Source: Candidatus Woesearchaeota archaeon (lineage in GTDB: Archaea > Nanobdellota > Nanobdellia > Woesearchaeales > GW2011-AR9). Taken from it: DNA of 64,000 nt. The notes under the pieces were generated by a model that made no database searches, was not told where the DNA came from, and was given only the letters and a program-made list of their open reading frames with translations. Position numbers and translations under genes: made by a program. The DNA lies in assembly GCA_016188115.1 (NCBI GenBank), contig JACPIK010000002.1:1064077-1128076 (forward strand), read 5' to 3'. This document shows, one piece after another, positions 1-8,588 of this stretch (positions are counted from its first letter, which is position 1; every line of letters starts with the position of its first letter).

Positions 1-657
1 CTACGTCGAGTTTTTGGTCTAACTTCTTACTCCCTTGCTCTACGTGTTGAAAAAAATATGGATGCTATTCTCGCTGCAGCTGTTGAAATTGCCCAAAAAC
101 AAAATTACCTTTCTCTTATTGCTGCACATCGCTCAGATAAAAACTTCCCTCTCACTTCACCCGAGATTACCAAAGCAGTTTCCCAACACTTGCATTCTAC
201 ATTCCCAAATTACGACTTCAAAGAAGATGAAACACTCACCATTGAAATACAAGCCTCGGGTGCTTATCTTTGCAGTGAAAAAGTCATTTGTTTTGGCGGA
301 TTACCCACTGGATGTGATGGTCGAGTTCTCGTTCTTGTTGATGGAAATGAAGGTATGCTCGCAGGACTCCTCACGATGAAAAGAGGAATAAACATCTTTC
401 CTATCTCCTTCCACGATATTGACATTTCCCTCTTAGAGAAATACAGTGCTAGTCATCTACAAATTAATAAATTCACCAATTGGCAGGAAGTTGAAGAGTT
501 TGCCCAGAGGAATAGAATTAACGTGCTGATGTGTGGTGAAACATTTGAAACATTTTCTCCAACTACAACAAACTTAGTCTGTCTACGTCCATTAATCGCG
601 TATTCTGTTAAACAAGCAAGAGAAGATTACACAAAATATCAGCAAGCCGCGATCTGA
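1..657 (+). CDS. ThiI-like protein fragment (THUMP C-terminal part plus degenerate PP-loop domain); N-terminus lies outside the window
   Basis: Frame is open from nt 1 with no upstream stop. 'RSDKNFPLTSPEI...ICFGGLPTGCDGRVLVLVDGNEGMLAGLLTMKRGINIFPISFH' aligns to the ThiI THUMP/PP-loop junction, but SGGxDS is replaced by DGNEG. Sits next to the E1/TtuA/SAMP genes. Confidence 0.45.
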   Translation, partial: LRRVFGLTSYSLALRVEKNMDAILAAAVEIAQKQNYLSLIAAHRSDKNFPLTSPEITKAVSQHLHSTFPNYDFKEDETLTIEIQASGAYLCSEKVICFGGLPTGCDGRVLVLVDGNEGMLAGLLTMKRGINIFPISFHDIDISLLEKYSASHLQINKFTNWQEVEEFAQRNRINVLMCGETFETFSPTTTNLVCLRPLIAYSVKQAREDYTKYQQAAI

Positions 658-680
658 TTCCAAATCAAATTTTATAACTT

Positions 681-1664
681 TCACAATCCCACATACTTTG
701 TATAGATTTTAAGTGCTTCTTGTTTTGACTCTGCTCGAATTAAAGCCCTACCATCAGCAAAAAGTGTAATATTGTTCAAATGAAGAGAAAGAGAATCGTT
801 AACAGGATTCCCAATTTTTCTCCAGCGTTGCTCAATAGTTTTGAGGTTAACAGGTTTGCCTTGCACCTGAAATTGACCAGTAGAACAGAAGCGAATTGGT
901 CTGATGTCTGGTACTTTAGTAAGATACTCGTACTTCTTGTTGCAAGTGGGGCAGTCTTTGCGTTGATTGATCACGAGTGATTGGAGAGTAGTATCCCAGA
1001 CATTAATATAGGACAGTTTTCCAATTTCTTCTTTCTTGATGCTTTGTGTGATTACTCTCAACGTATGCGTTACCTGCAGTGAAGCGATTGCACTTGTTGC
1101 TGTATTAAGAACGCCTGCGCTCTCACACGTCTCTAAATTCACATCCGAGAGGAAACAACGTAGACATGGTCCAGTAGGCAACACACTCATAACGTATCCG
1201 CTTGTCTGAATTGCTGAACCATAGATCAATGGGATTTTATTCTTACGACAATAATCATTAAGAACAAAGCGGGTATACATATTATCGGTACAATCAACAA
1301 TAACTTTTACATTCTTCAACAAGGAGATATTTCTTGCATCAAGAGAAATAGCGTAAGGGATGATTTTAATTTCACCGTTGACAGATTGTAACCGCACCTG
1401 TCCCGCCGCAACTTTACTTTTCCCAATATCAGACTCAGCGTAAAGAACCTGACGTTGTAAGTTAGATCTCTCAACAACATCGCGATCAATTAACAGGATA
1501 GTCCCAACACCTGCCCGTGCTAAAAGTTCAGCAGTAACACTACCTAACGCGCCCAGACCAACGATAGCAACAATAGCGTCGCTAATTTTTTTTTGTCCGG
1601 TCAGTCCGATTTGTGGAAGTATTTCTTGTCGTGCGTAACGACTTGGTTTTTTTGATTGATTCAT
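681..1664 (-). CDS. E1-like ubiquitin/SAMP-activating enzyme (MoeB/ThiF/UbaA family)
   Basis: 'RYARQEILPQIG', Rossmann 'IVGLGALGSVTAELLARAGVGTILLIDRDVVERSNLQRQ', CxxC pairs ('CLRC', 'CPTC'). Annotated start overlaps the upstream ORF by 83 nt, so the start is uncertain. Confidence 0.85.
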   Translation of the reverse strand: MNQSKKPSRYARQEILPQIGLTGQKKISDAIVAIVGLGALGSVTAELLARAGVGTILLIDRDVVERSNLQRQVLYAESDIGKSKVAAGQVRLQSVNGEIKIIPYAISLDARNISLLKNVKVIVDCTDNMYTRFVLNDYCRKNKIPLIYGSAIQTSGYVMSVLPTGPCLRCFLSDVNLETCESAGVLNTATSAIASLQVTHTLRVITQSIKKEEIGKLSYINVWDTTLQSLVINQRKDCPTCNKKYEYLTKVPDIRPIRFCSTGQFQVQGKPVNLKTIEQRWRKIGNPVNDSLSLHLNNITLFADGRALIRAESKQEALKIYTKYVGL

Positions 1665-2679
1665 TTTTGATTTTGCTCTTGGTTTTTGTTGAATTAGATC
1701 TTTTTTTGAGCTCTATTGGTTTTTGTTTTGTATTATCTTTTTTCATTGCTAATTGTACAATTGCTTTCATCTTACACGCATTACATACCTCAGCATTCGC
1801 CGGTTCGCCACACTCTTTACATTCTCTGATCTGCACGCTCTCTTTTTGTCCAGTCTGTTTGAGCAACGGTAAAATATCCAAATAGGAATTAATTACACCT
1901 TGCTTTGTACCTCGATATTTCTCTTCAAATTGATTTAGCATTGTTTGAATATCATGGCGATATCCTTCCTTGCTATAAGGACACTCGATAAAATGAACTG
2001 GAAACGCTTTAAGGTATGCATAAAGCCGCACTTCTTTCTCAGGACAAAGATATAATGGCTTTACTCGTTGCACCAGTCCTTCTTGTTCTTCAACACCAGA
2101 AATTGGACCAAGGCGTCCTGCAAGAGTTGTATTTGCCTTAAACAGATTCATGATAATCGCCTGAGCTTCATCATCAAGATTGTGACCAGTCACAACTTTC
2201 GTTGCTCCCTGCTGGCGAGCATATTTATTAAGAAGATAACGTCGCCACACTCCACAAACATTACATGGTTTTTTCTTATCACTCTTATTGATAATGGGAT
2301 ATGCTTGGTCAAGTGTTGCGCCAAATTCATCTTTTGCAGTGGTTTTAATGAGTTTAATTTTATGTTGTTTACAAAACACTTCAAGATCTTTAAGAGTAGT
2401 AGAACGATAACCCTTGATACCTTCATCAACGACTAAGGCGAAAAGATTTTCAGTAGGAATCTGATGTTTTTGACAATATTTCTTGACCAGATAAAGTACA
2501 CTTAGGGAATCTTTCCCTCCTGAAGCCGCGACACACAGTTTGTCATCTCGGTTGATGAGATGAAAACGATTGATCGTCTTAAAAACTCGTTCTTCAAAGT
2601 AATCAATAAAATGGATCTTACAGATTGGTCCATGCTGCAGTTCAATAACTGCTTTCTGGGTGCATTGAGAACACTGCAT
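1582..2679 (-). CDS. tRNA 2-thiolation protein, TtuA/Ncs6/Ctu1 family (PP-loop ATPase with zinc fingers)
   Basis: N-terminal 'CSQC...C', PP-loop 'ASGGKDSLSVL', 'CNVCGVWRR', C-terminal 'CKECG...CNAC'. Long basic Lys/Thr/Arg-rich C-terminal tail. Confidence 0.85.
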   Translation of the reverse strand: MQCSQCTQKAVIELQHGPICKIHFIDYFEERVFKTINRFHLINRDDKLCVAASGGKDSLSVLYLVKKYCQKHQIPTENLFALVVDEGIKGYRSTTLKDLEVFCKQHKIKLIKTTAKDEFGATLDQAYPIINKSDKKKPCNVCGVWRRYLLNKYARQQGATKVVTGHNLDDEAQAIIMNLFKANTTLAGRLGPISGVEEQEGLVQRVKPLYLCPEKEVRLYAYLKAFPVHFIECPYSKEGYRHDIQTMLNQFEEKYRGTKQGVINSYLDILPLLKQTGQKESVQIRECKECGEPANAEVCNACKMKAIVQLAMKKDNTKQKPIELKKRSNSTKTKSKIKNESIKKTKSLRTTRNTSTNRTDRTKKN

Positions 2680-2681
2680 TG

Positions 2682-2885
2682 TTAGCCACCTGAAATAACA
2701 CTGAGAATCTCAATACTATCATTAGCACTAACCTTTTCATCTTTTGTAAGAATCTCCCCCTTCCTCGCAACGAGAATTGTTTCGAAATTAAGTTTAAGAT
2801 GGTCACATAAATCAGCAATGGTTTTGCCTGAGAAATTTAATTTGAGAGTTTTATTATCTCGTTCGAGGTGGACAGTAATTTTCAT
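2682..2885 (-). CDS. Small ubiquitin-like SAMP/TtuB (ThiS/MoaD fold) ending in Gly-Gly
   Basis: 67 aa, C-terminus '...LSVISGG', directly downstream of TtuA with a 2-nt gap. Confidence 0.7.
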   Translation of the reverse strand: MKITVHLERDNKTLKLNFSGKTIADLCDHLKLNFETILVARKGEILTKDEKVSANDSIEILSVISGG

Positions 2886-3031
2886 TGGTGTTGCCTTCTT
2901 CTCCTAATGAGCTGAAAGTAGTAGTGTTTTTCATTTGGTTTTTTATAAAAGCTTCGTCAATAATTTATCACTCTTTAGTGTTTACTCTTTTTTTTTTAAC
3001 TTAAGTTGGCTTTTTCCACAAAAAGAGGTGT

Positions 3032-3562
3032 TTGATTATGTCAGATAAAGAATCGAGAAATCATGTTATTACAATTATTGCGATTGTGGCATTAGTTGCT
3101 ATTGTTGCAGTTGTCATGTTTGGATTTAACAAGACTGAATTTAGTTCTGCTCCTGCAGAAGAAGAAAGTGCTATTGCGGGAGAAGCGATCAATTTTAAAC
3201 AGCTACAACAATTAGGAGCAAATCAAAAACAACAGAGGTTTGATTTTCTCGCAGGTGAGACTCTGACCAATCATTATGGCAACACTGCCTATCAACAAAC
3301 GAAATCCGGCAATCAGATTTGTCAGGATATGGGATATAGTGGTTGTTTTGCAGTGCAATTGATATCAGATCAAATTTATTATGAAAGCTCTGATTTATCT
3401 TGTAGTGGTAATCAGTTTCATACCATGCACAAGTCACTCGATCATTGTAATATCGTTGGCAATTCTAATCCTTCAGCATGCGAGTCTAACACTAACCCTC
3501 AATTCTCTCGAACTGATTATAAAAGCCAACTTCGCGTTGCTAATGTTATTTGTAGAAATTAG
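3032..3562 (+). CDS. Membrane-anchored, Cys-rich extracellular hypothetical protein
   Basis: N-terminal TM 'ITIIAIVALVAIVAVVMFGF', then a Gln/Asn/Cys-rich domain (8 Cys). Confidence 0.4.
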   Translation: MIMSDKESRNHVITIIAIVALVAIVAVVMFGFNKTEFSSAPAEEESAIAGEAINFKQLQQLGANQKQQRFDFLAGETLTNHYGNTAYQQTKSGNQICQDMGYSGCFAVQLISDQIYYESSDLSCSGNQFHTMHKSLDHCNIVGNSNPSACESNTNPQFSRTDYKSQLRVANVICRN

Positions 3563-3629
3563 GCATTTTCCTTTTTTTTCTTTTCTTTTTTCCATAAACT
3601 ATATACATACCATTCATTCCTAATTCTCC

Positions 3630-4310
3630 ATGAATCTTATCGAAGAATCCTATCATCGTTTGTTTCCAGATAAAGAATTCAGCTACAAAACAGAATTTGA
3701 ATACAACCGTCGCCTTAGTTCGTTTAATTCTAATATCAAACTCTATAACAACACTTTAAGTGTAGCCATGAATTTGCAGTGGAAGGATATTGATGATGAA
3801 ATCAAAATAGGGTTAATTCAACATTTATTACTCAAAGTGCTCAAGCAAAAAGCCACTACGTCAAATATTCATCTTTACCACCATTTCACTAAAAACATTC
3901 CTTCATTTACACCCAAAGAAGAAAGTCATCCAGTTCTTGCAGCATCTTTTGCACGGATGAATCAACAATTTTTTTCTGGAGCTATGGAACAACCCAATTT
4001 ACGCTGGGGCAGTGCGTCACGCCATCGCTTGGCGTATTATAACTTACACGATGACTCCATCACCGTCTCCACTCTCTTCCAAACTGCGCCACAACAGATT
4101 CTTGATTACTTGCTATATCACGAAATGTTGCACAAACACTTTCAATTTGAACATAAAAACGGACGTTCACATGCCCACACACCGGCGTTTCGTGCTGCGG
4201 AGGCCCAATACCCGAATCAAAAACAAGTTGACGTAGAACTCAATAACTTTGTTCGTCAAGCCTCTCGTCAAACCAAAAAAAGCTCATTTTGGTCTTTTTT
4301 GCAACAATAA
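3630..4310 (+). CDS. Metal-dependent hydrolase, YgjP/DUF45-like (SprT-like zincin)
   Basis: 'LLYHEMLHKHFQFEHKNGRSHAHTPAFRAAEAQYP' matches the DUF45 HExxH...H zinc motif region. Confidence 0.5.
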   Translation: MNLIEESYHRLFPDKEFSYKTEFEYNRRLSSFNSNIKLYNNTLSVAMNLQWKDIDDEIKIGLIQHLLLKVLKQKATTSNIHLYHHFTKNIPSFTPKEESHPVLAASFARMNQQFFSGAMEQPNLRWGSASRHRLAYYNLHDDSITVSTLFQTAPQQILDYLLYHEMLHKHFQFEHKNGRSHAHTPAFRAAEAQYPNQKQVDVELNNFVRQASRQTKKSSFWSFLQQ

Positions 4311-4376
4311 CCGTCAATTTAAATTCAATTGTAAGATCACTTTGAAGAAACATTTAAAAATAAACAGCAGTTTTTT

Positions 4377-4592
4377 ATGAATATGTCAACAAAGAGATTT
4401 CTCTCTCTCAACGCCATGGATAAAATCATGCGTGATGCGGGTGCTCCTCGAGTCAGCGATGACGCAAAAGAAGCATTGGCGCAAATTCTTGAAGAGAGAG
4501 GTCAACAAATCTCTGCTGAGGCAAAACGTCTTGCCGAACACGCTGGACGCAAAACTGTAACGGATAAAGATATACGCCTTGCAGTGAAATAG
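4377..4592 (+). CDS. Archaeal histone (HMf-like histone fold)
   Basis: 'IMRDAGAPRVSDDAKEALAQILEERGQQISAEAKRLAEHAGRKTVTDKDIRLAV' aligns with HMfB 'IKDAGAERVSDDARITLAKILEE...HAGRKTIKAEDIELAV'. Confidence 0.85.
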   Translation: MNMSTKRFLSLNAMDKIMRDAGAPRVSDDAKEALAQILEERGQQISAEAKRLAEHAGRKTVTDKDIRLAVK

Positions 4593-5003
4593 GTGGTCAC
4601 AATGGCTGAAGATTATGAAAAAAAACTGGTAAGCGTTGGAACGCTTAAAAAAGGAGACACCCTCATTATTGATAATGCTCCTTGTAAAATTACTGATACT
4701 GCAACGTCTCGTCCTGGAAAACACGGACACGCTAAAGTTAACTTAATGGCAGTAGGTCTGCTTGATGGCAAAAAACGTAACGCAGTTATGCCTGGTCACG
4801 ATAAAGTTGAAGTTCCTATCGTTGAGAAAAAAACTGCTCAAATCCTTTCCGTAGCTGGTAAAATTGCCAATGTTATGGATATGGAAACATACGAAACATT
4901 CGAGATGGAAATTCCTGAAGAATTAGACGGCCAAGTCAAAGAAGGCGTAGAAGTCCTTTACTGGTTGCTCATGGGAATGAAAATCATGAAACAAATTAAA
5001 TGA
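4593..5003 (+). CDS. Translation initiation factor aIF-5A (hypusine protein)
   Basis: 'TSRPGKHGHAKVNLMAVGL' hypusination loop; size and architecture typical. Confidence 0.9.
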   Translation: MVTMAEDYEKKLVSVGTLKKGDTLIIDNAPCKITDTATSRPGKHGHAKVNLMAVGLLDGKKRNAVMPGHDKVEVPIVEKKTAQILSVAGKIANVMDMETYETFEMEIPEELDGQVKEGVEVLYWLLMGMKIMKQIK

Positions 5004-5014
5004 GGTCCTAAACA

Positions 5015-5179
5015 ATGGTTAAATTTCCTGAAGCAGAAGCACGCTTATTCAAAAACGTCTTTGTTGATCGTCGAACTAAACGTAAAATTCGCGCTAATCC
5101 CTTGAAAGTGCAATCAGGTAAGATTAGTGGACGTGGCGATGGCGCAACCAAGAATCTTCGACCAAAGCGGAAGAAATAG
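5015..5179 (+). CDS. Ribosomal protein L40e-like, unusual Cys-less variant
   Basis: 54 aa, below the ORF-track cutoff. 'KFPEAEARLFKNVFV...NLRPKRKK' matches the L40e N-terminus and C-terminal 'NLRPK', but all four zinc-ribbon Cys positions are replaced (D/R...S/S). Confidence 0.5.
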   Translation: MVKFPEAEARLFKNVFVDRRTKRKIRANPLKVQSGKISGRGDGATKNLRPKRKK

Positions 5180-5291
5180 ACTTTAATCTTGTTATTCTTT
5201 TATCTTCTTTCATTTTTTATTAAATCTTAATAGTTCTCTGACATTGTCTAAAAAAGCAACATATAAAAAGCCCAAAAATGTTCTAGTCTGA

Positions 5292-6467
5292 ATGGTAGAT
5301 GTACTTGGCTTTCTCATTCAATACAAAGCTATTATCTTATTCTACTTAGCAGTTATCATTTTTCTTATCGTAAAACGTAAACAAATTGAAACACAACTCA
5401 AATTTATTTTCCTGTACCGTACCAAATTTGGTTTACGCTGGATGGATCATTATTCCAAAAAACACCGAGAGTGGGTAATCCTTTTAGGGTATATTGGAAC
5501 AGGAATTGGTTTTGTGGGTATGGGTTTTATCATTGTTGCATTGATCAAAAATCTTTATGACCTTCTTACTAACCCTGCAGCCGTTGGTGGTGCTTCGCTA
5601 GCATTGCCTGGCGTGAATATCCCTGGTTTTGGTGTCTTGCCATTCTGGCATTGGCTTGTGGCAATTTTCTTGATTGCTGTTATTCATGAATTCTCTCATG
5701 GCATTGTCGCACGAGCCTACAACATTCCCGTCAAAAATACTGGTCTGGCTTTCTTTGGTCCTGTGCTTGGCGCATTCGTTGAGCCTGATGAACAAAAGAT
5801 GGCTAAAGAGAAGGACATTGTGCAGTACAGTGTTCTTGCAGCAGGTGCGTTTTCTAACATTCTGATGGCAGTTATCGCGTTTTTCTTGGTTACTGCAGTA
5901 ACACAACCATTACTTAATTCTATGACTGAACCTTCCGGGTTTACCTTTGATATGTATGTAAATGAATCTCTTCCATTTGCTCAAGCAGGCATTCTCCCAG
6001 GTACCATTATCACTTCCGCAAATGGCAAGCCGGTGACACGTTTCGAAGATCTTGGGTCACAACTTCAATGTATGCAGCCAGGTCAAGTACTATCTATTGG
6101 CACAACTCAGAAAAATTATAACCTTACTTTAGCTCAAAACCCCAGCGATGCAACTAAACCTTATCTGGGAATCATGCAGATTCATAACGATGCAACATTA
6201 AAACCTGAGTTTACAACTCCTCTCTGGAAGTTCACACACTCTATACTTGATGTCATCACTGACTTTTTACGTTGGCTATTTTTATTAAGCTCAGGTATTG
6301 GCTTGTTTAATCTCTTGCCTCTCCCTATTGTCGATGGTGGAAGAATGTTGCAAATCTTCTTACGCAAACGCTATGGTGATGAGATTGGTGAAAGAAGGTA
6401 TCGACGCATCAGCACCTTCTTGCTATTACTCTTAATTGCAATCATGGTCTTGCCATTTGTGCTCTAG
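5292..6467 (+). CDS. Site-2 protease (M50 family intramembrane metalloprotease) with PDZ domain
   Basis: Multi-TM, 'HEFSHGIVA' HExxH, 'NLLPLPIVDGGRML' LDG motif, PDZ-like middle segment. Confidence 0.8.
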   Translation: MVDVLGFLIQYKAIILFYLAVIIFLIVKRKQIETQLKFIFLYRTKFGLRWMDHYSKKHREWVILLGYIGTGIGFVGMGFIIVALIKNLYDLLTNPAAVGGASLALPGVNIPGFGVLPFWHWLVAIFLIAVIHEFSHGIVARAYNIPVKNTGLAFFGPVLGAFVEPDEQKMAKEKDIVQYSVLAAGAFSNILMAVIAFFLVTAVTQPLLNSMTEPSGFTFDMYVNESLPFAQAGILPGTIITSANGKPVTRFEDLGSQLQCMQPGQVLSIGTTQKNYNLTLAQNPSDATKPYLGIMQIHNDATLKPEFTTPLWKFTHSILDVITDFLRWLFLLSSGIGLFNLLPLPIVDGGRMLQIFLRKRYGDEIGERRYRRISTFLLLLLIAIMVLPFVL

Positions 6468-6495
6468 ATGTTACCAGAAAATCAGCGATTTATTC

Positions 6496-7812
6496 TTATT
6501 GTACTCTTTTTCTTAGCTCAACCATCGCTTCACCAATCATATACAACGACCCTGTCACAAGAACAAAGTCTCCTTGTTTAGCAAGAGCTTTCACAACAGC
6601 ATCCGTAACCACAGCAACTACTTCTACATCTTTACAATATTTCTGCACTAAAGGCAGGAGTTCTTGAGGATTGCGCGGCTTGTGATTTCCTTGTGTAAGA
6701 ATAACATGTTGAAAGTGAGGTATCAATAAAGGAATAATAGCTTCTTTTTCTGCATCATCACTCAACGCTAACAATAAAACACCATGTTGATATTTAATGG
6801 TCTTAAGGTACTGCAGTAGTACTTTGACACACGCTAAATTATGCGCTCCATCAATCAAAATGAACGGATTTTGTGAAATGACCTCAAGACGTCCTGGCCA
6901 ATAAGCCAGTTTCAAACCTTCTTCTATTGCTTTGGGAGTGATGTCCCATTCTTTTCGAGGTAACAACGATAACGCAGCCAGTGCAGTCGCAATATTGTCC
7001 AGTTGATGTGTTCCACGCATCTGTGTTAGAAATGTGCCATTAAACCCGCCACTCACTTTAAACATTTGTGAATCTAATGTTGAAGAGGCTGGATTGATAG
7101 TGACCCGCGATGATGTTTCATATAACACACTTCCTCGCTCCTTACAACGATCCGAGAAAACAGCAAGAACTGATTGATCTTTCTCAGCCGTCACAACAGG
7201 TACGCCTTCTTTGATAATGCCTGCTTTTTCGTGGGCAATTTTGACTTTAGAGTCGCCAAGAATTTTAGTATGCTCAAGATCAATATTAGTAATTACACTT
7301 ACTAATGGTCGGATCACATTTGTTGCATCAAGGCGACCCCCCATGCCGACTTCAATAATGGCAATGTCAACTTGCTCTCGTGCAAAATAAAGAAACGCTA
7401 ACGCAGTCGTAAATTCAAAATAAGTAATATCGATTTTTTCTTCTTCAACTTTTTGCCGTACTTCCCGAATGAGTAAAGCCAGATCCGAGTCAGAAATACG
7501 CACTCCATTAATTTGAATACGTTCATTGAATGTTACTAAATGAGGGCTGGTATTAAGACCGACCTTGTATCCTGCATGTTGGAGAATGGATGCAAGAAAT
7601 GCACAGGTACTACCTTTGCCATTCGTACCTGCGACATGAATAGAAGGAAAACGGCGGTAAGGATAGTTAAGTACCTCCATCAGCGCACGCATGCGTTCAA
7701 GACCAAATTTCATAGCTCCATGATCAAGGCTATAGAGATAGTCAAGTTCCGGACTGGACATGGGTAGTAGTGGGAGAAAGGTGTTTAAAAACGTATCTTT
7801 TAAAAGCTTCAA
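6496..7812 (-). CDS. folC: Folylpolyglutamate synthase/dihydrofolate synthase (FolC, Mur ligase family)
   Basis: 'IHVAGTNGKGSTCAFLASIL' P-loop, Mur-ligase middle and C domains, ~438 aa. Confidence 0.8.
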   Translation of the reverse strand: MKLLKDTFLNTFLPLLPMSSPELDYLYSLDHGAMKFGLERMRALMEVLNYPYRRFPSIHVAGTNGKGSTCAFLASILQHAGYKVGLNTSPHLVTFNERIQINGVRISDSDLALLIREVRQKVEEEKIDITYFEFTTALAFLYFAREQVDIAIIEVGMGGRLDATNVIRPLVSVITNIDLEHTKILGDSKVKIAHEKAGIIKEGVPVVTAEKDQSVLAVFSDRCKERGSVLYETSSRVTINPASSTLDSQMFKVSGGFNGTFLTQMRGTHQLDNIATALAALSLLPRKEWDITPKAIEEGLKLAYWPGRLEVISQNPFILIDGAHNLACVKVLLQYLKTIKYQHGVLLLALSDDAEKEAIIPLLIPHFQHVILTQGNHKPRNPQELLPLVQKYCKDVEVVAVVTDAVVKALAKQGDFVLVTGSLYMIGEAMVELRKRVQ

Positions 7813-7829
7813 ACATTCTAAATTATGGA

Positions 7830-8483
7830 ATGAAAAAAGTAGGGAAATCTATTGGCGAGGAGAAAAACTTAGATGAACAAGGATATGCGCTTGTTTGGAT
7901 GAGTGCGGGAAATAGTTATTTCAAAGAAGAGATCATTCAAAAAATTCTCAAATTTACTGCTGAGCATTTCCTCAAAACTATTGTAATAGCTCCTGATGAA
8001 CCAGCGCAACATACATTCAAAGCTTTGGGTTACGAGGGGAATGAGGTTTCGAAAAAAGCGAGATTGAATGCTAATCTACTCCAAAACAGGGCTAAACGCG
8101 TCATCACTTCAATGAAAGATAAATCAAAATTCCAAGTAATAGAATGGATTGAAGAAATAGCGCCTAATCTCTATTACCAAGAGAAATTGAAACAGATCAC
8201 ACTTCTTTATTCAAAAAATAGTCAATTTAGAAGTGATGCGAATGAAGTTACAAGAGAGGTATTAATGAGTAAATCAAATGAAGAGTTTACTGCGGATGCT
8301 GTTAATGAAGGTGTTTATTATCTTCTCAAAGAGCTCGCTTTTGTAATGGCAAGTCCTACAATCTTTAATACACAAAAAGTGACATACGTGTATCATAAAG
8401 AGTGGCCAATCTTTCAGAAATTGATAACAGGTGTTTATGATGGAAAGGTGAGGGGAAATCTAAGGTTTCTTTTGCATAGTTAG
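7830..8483 (+). CDS. Probable tRNA-dependent cyclodipeptide synthase (CDPS) homolog
   Basis: 'YALVWMSAGNSYF' matches the CDPS catalytic-Ser motif (AlbC 'ALIGISAGNSYF'). 'YYLLKELAF' gives Y-x3-E; 'YVYHKEWPI' matches the Tyr-His-...-P-I motif. Length ~218-237 aa. An alternative upstream start at 7770 overlaps the divergent folC start. Confidence 0.55.
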   Translation: MKKVGKSIGEEKNLDEQGYALVWMSAGNSYFKEEIIQKILKFTAEHFLKTIVIAPDEPAQHTFKALGYEGNEVSKKARLNANLLQNRAKRVITSMKDKSKFQVIEWIEEIAPNLYYQEKLKQITLLYSKNSQFRSDANEVTREVLMSKSNEEFTADAVNEGVYYLLKELAFVMASPTIFNTQKVTYVYHKEWPIFQKLITGVYDGKVRGNLRFLLHS

Positions 8484-8588
8484 AGAAATCAACTTGGATT
8501 CAATCGTTCTGATGAGAATATCCCTTCCAAACCCCAAATCTTAAAAAAGGGCAGACCACTCAATATAACAAAAAGAACAGCATAAAAG

